Positions 61,105 to 64,000 of a stretch of DNA of 64,000 nt are shown piece by piece. The stretch lies in the NCBI GenBank assembly GCA_001600815.1, contig BCKZ01000007.1, forward strand, positions 558,001 to 622,000, given 5' to 3'. This stretch comes from Alloascoidea hylecoeti. Lineage: Eukaryota. The notes below the pieces were generated by a model that was given only the letters and a program-made list of their open reading frames with translations, was not told the DNA's origin and did no database searches. Position 1 is the stretch's first letter; each line of letters begins with the position of its first letter. Made by a program: the position numbers and the translations under genes.

Positions 61105-61483
61105 TTTAATAAGTTCAAAGAAGGTTAAGTCTTTGGATATTGTCAGATTCTGATTATCTGCTTACACTTACAATAAACCCTCCGAAGAAGAAAAAAGAGG
61201 AAATATCAAAATTTTAAAAAAAGAATCATTCAAATTTTGTACAGTAATTTTTTTTGTGATTCCATGTCACATGACATTCATTTCTTGCCTTTAATCTAAT
61301 TTTTATACTTTATATACACAAAAGTTTATTACATTTATAAACATTCTTTAAATAAGTAAACAGTATTTGTTAATTCATTATAATTATAAATATTGATCAT
61401 TATATTCTCTTTTCTACTTCTTATATAATTGTCAAATAAGAAGAATAAAAGTGCACATGAACATTACCCGGACATATAAATGG

Positions 61484-61861
61484 TCAGAGACTCAGTAGCA
61501 AATATAGAAGAACAGCTTCGCTCAGGAAACTGATCACTGCCATCAGCAAGACAGTATTTCCACCCGTAGTGAAGTAGGAGGTTTCGCCCTCTTCTGCAAC
61601 GTGAGTGTATACTCGCACCCGGTGTTTGTGGTACGTCCCGATCGCCAGCACAAGGGTTCCGTAGACAGTGTAGAGCGCGCCGATTGTGAGGAACTCCCTG
61701 CTGAACAGCTTGAGAATCAGCAACGAAAACGAAAGGAGTCCAACGGCTGAACGCATGTAAGCCCCGTCGTAGGTGCGCTGATGTGCCCGGATGTCCTGTT
61801 TCTTGTTCTTAGGCAGCCCGGAGTATTCAGCAATTGAGTGGTGTCGTGTGAAAAGGCTCAT
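61484..61861 (-). CDS. DUF202 small membrane protein, unusually GC-rich
   Basis: RAHQRTYDGAYMRSAVGLLSFSLLILKLFSREFLTIGALYTVYG...YFTTGGNTVLL; three TM segments; start could be 61939. Confidence 0.8.
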   Translation of the reverse strand: MSLFTRHHSIAEYSGLPKNKKQDIRAHQRTYDGAYMRSAVGLLSFSLLILKLFSREFLTIGALYTVYGTLVLAIGTYHKHRVRVYTHVAEEGETSYFTTGGNTVLLMAVISFLSEAVLLYLLLSL

Positions 61862-62140
61862 GGATGTTCGACTGAATTCAAATCTAGATTGGCCACAGAG
61901 TGTATGCACGCAAAGTATGCTGTATTGCAGTTGCCTCATACAGTCGTCTTCTTTCCTTCCATCTTTTGGTTAACCATTCCTTTGGCAATTACACCGTCGT
62001 AATTATCTTCAATTGGGCCTTAAACTTTCCAAATCCATCAAATTAATTCTGTTCATAACATTCGAAATAGATATAAAAATGCTACAATTCCCCTTCCAAA
62101 ATGTTGTTTTAATTCATCAATTAATAATTAATCGATATCG

Positions 62141-64000
62141 ATGGAAATGTCTGCTTCTCATTCCACTAATGGTTTTGCTACAAAATTTTCTCGACGATCA
62201 AAAGAAGATATTCACATTTCAGAGAAAATACACATTCTCACAAATGAGGTCCAACAGATGAAGTCGATGTTGTTTCGTATATCTTCTCAACTGACCCTTG
62301 ATAATTCCCACATGCATGCATCCAGATCTATGTCAACATCTGCTTGTAGGTCTCCAACTGCAGATATCGATGATCATGATATCAACGTTCAGGTGAACGA
62401 CATTGATGACGGGATAGACGACTTTGATCAAGTTTCCATTGCTAGTTTGGGTACTAAAAGTAATGATTCGCTATCATCTTGCGCTGGCTCTGACGAAATG
62501 CCGTCTGCAATCCTGTCTCGATCTCAGTCTCGATCTCAGTCTTCTATTGACTTCAATGTTAATAAAAGTATTGATGATACAAAGTTGAAATTAGTGAACG
62601 GTGAATCTTTAAACTCTTCTAAATTATCTATTAATGAAGATAATGAAGATAATGAATCGTTTGTTTCATTTACTAATAGCATTTCAAATCTGAAAAATCA
62701 TGGTGATGTCCAATCGCAACAAATTCCGGGTGCTGATAATAAAGAATCATTGGTATCTATAACTGTAGTTGATGATTATAAAGTGGTTGAATCACTTTCA
62801 CCACCTATGGTCACCGGTGAATATGAATCGGTATTAAAAAATGATGATGCTCAAATATACAGCAATCGTAACAAACATTTATCTTCCCCAATTGCTGAAA
62901 AATTAAATTCAAACGACTCTCCTTCAACTGAAGCCTCTAGTGAAGAAGAATCATGGACATCAGATATACCTGAAGATAATGATGAAAGGGTAAAAGAATC
63001 TATAGCTAATGATCTAATTACTAAAGATTTAATAACAAATTTTGCTTCAACCAGTATTAATATTACTGAGAGATCTTTTCCCTCAATTGATAAAGCTTCA
63101 AGTGATCATGATTCTGTTGAAATATCTCGTATTAATGAGCAACAATTTATGGTTGACGAAAATACAATTCTAGAGTCTAAAGATCATGCTTTAACTACAG
63201 CCTCGATCAATAAAAATAAATCTTTGCTACCCCCTTTTTCTGAAGGTTCAACAAAGGATAATATCTATTCCCACTTAACAAATTCCAATACTATTAAATT
63301 CGAAGAGATAGAACTTGTTAGCGATTCTAATGATGACCAACATGTATCACAAACAATGGAAATTTATAGTGAGATAGCAGTGTCTAAAGAAATGAGCGTT
63401 GATCATGATTTAACACCTTCTACACCCACTAATAAAAAGGTATTGGGATCGAGACATCAGAAAAATGATTCTGAACAGAACTTCAACAGGGATAACAAAT
63501 TGTCGTTATCCCCTATCTCTGAAGCAATTAATGCTGCTGCATTTGATGATAACGCAACTTGCCATTCCAAATTAGCAGGTCCTAATACTGTAGTTAAGGA
63601 GAAAGAACTTGCCAAAGAACCGGTTACAATAATCAGTTTAGCTTCAGGTGAATTTAATTTTAAACTCATCTTGAATTGTCTCACAGTAATTGATACTTAT
63701 AGCTTTTGTACTAGTTGCAAATTCTTTTTCGAATATTTTGAGATTCCTAGCTTTGAAGTGATTATATCTTCTCAATCTGAACAAAACAAAGATATATCTA
63801 GAAAAGAACTAGAAACAAAATGTCTTAAGATTAATAATAATTTAAAAGTGAAAAAAGATTATCATTCAAAAACTTTAAAGCTAGATGAATTTAAAAGATT
63901 GAATTTTAAAAAGTTACAATCAGATGGTTGTAAAAAAATTATCAATAGTTTAACAAAAGTAACTTCTGAAGTTGTTGTAGCTGAGAAAGCATTTATTATT
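62141..64000 (+). CDS. Large hypothetical protein (>=620 aa, runs off window), acidic/Ser-rich with a possible F-box-like segment
   Basis: Frame open from ATG 62141 to the window end (checked by hand); missing from ORF track because it has no stop. Confidence 0.75.
   Translation, partial: MEMSASHSTNGFATKFSRRSKEDIHISEKIHILTNEVQQMKSMLFRISSQLTLDNSHMHASRSMSTSACRSPTADIDDHDINVQVNDIDDGIDDFDQVSIASLGTKSNDSLSSCAGSDEMPSAILSRSQSRSQSSIDFNVNKSIDDTKLKLVNGESLNSSKLSINEDNEDNESFVSFTNSISNLKNHGDVQSQQIPGADNKESLVSITVVDDYKVVESLSPPMVTGEYESVLKNDDAQIYSNRNKHLSSPIAEKLNSNDSPSTEASSEEESWTSDIPEDNDERVKESIANDLITKDLITNFASTSINITERSFPSIDKASSDHDSVEISRINEQQFMVDENTILESKDHALTTASINKNKSLLPPFSEGSTKDNIYSHLTNSNTIKFEEIELVSDSNDDQHVSQTMEIYSEIAVSKEMSVDHDLTPSTPTNKKVLGSRHQKNDSEQNFNRDNKLSLSPISEAINAAAFDDNATCHSKLAGPNTVVKEKELAKEPVTIISLASGEFNFKLILNCLTVIDTYSFCTSCKFFFEYFEIPSFEVIISSQSEQNKDISRKELETKCLKINNNLKVKKDYHSKTLKLDEFKRLNFKKLQSDGCKKIINSLTKVTSEVVVAEKAFII

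Overview
Eukaryotic, AT-rich, intron-rich budding-yeast (Saccharomycotina-like) chromosomal segment. CTG codes for conserved Leu positions in RAD27 and KSH1 (standard code). A complex I subunit and tRNA-Leu(AAG) are present and splice signals are relaxed, which points to a lineage outside Saccharomycetaceae and the CUG-Ser clade (inference). I can support about 31 protein-coding genes, among them TRM82 (partial), SEC59, GSH1, GID11-like, RMD9-like, POS5, HUT1, GRX8, a RidA protein, a RING-CH ligase, NUP116-like, RAD27, an ARK1/PRK1 kinase, HDA1, RCM1, LYS12, complex I B12, UTP25, KSH1, RSM25, ICE2, a SurE-like protein, TIM8, AIM18-like, NMD5-like and several orphans, plus one tRNA. Several short spliced genes are absent from the ORF track and were reconstructed by hand. 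The long intergenic blocks are the most interesting part. They hold decayed relics of normally single-copy housekeeping genes (9-1-1 clamp Rad1/RAD17, PEX22-like, GDI1) and a 140-bp MITE with perfect 27-bp terminal inverted repeats inside the GDI1 relic. A direct repeat with an A-tract brackets that 2.8-kb block, and there are possible retroelement remnants. Other oddities: a SurE protein lacking most catalytic motifs behind Pho4-type sites, a 15-unit Asn-Gly minisatellite in GSH1, a 5-nt microexon carrying a catalytic Asp of FEN1, and a GC-rich DUF202 gene. All family assignments come from remembered motifs, not database searches. I cannot claim a wholly new system from this window.
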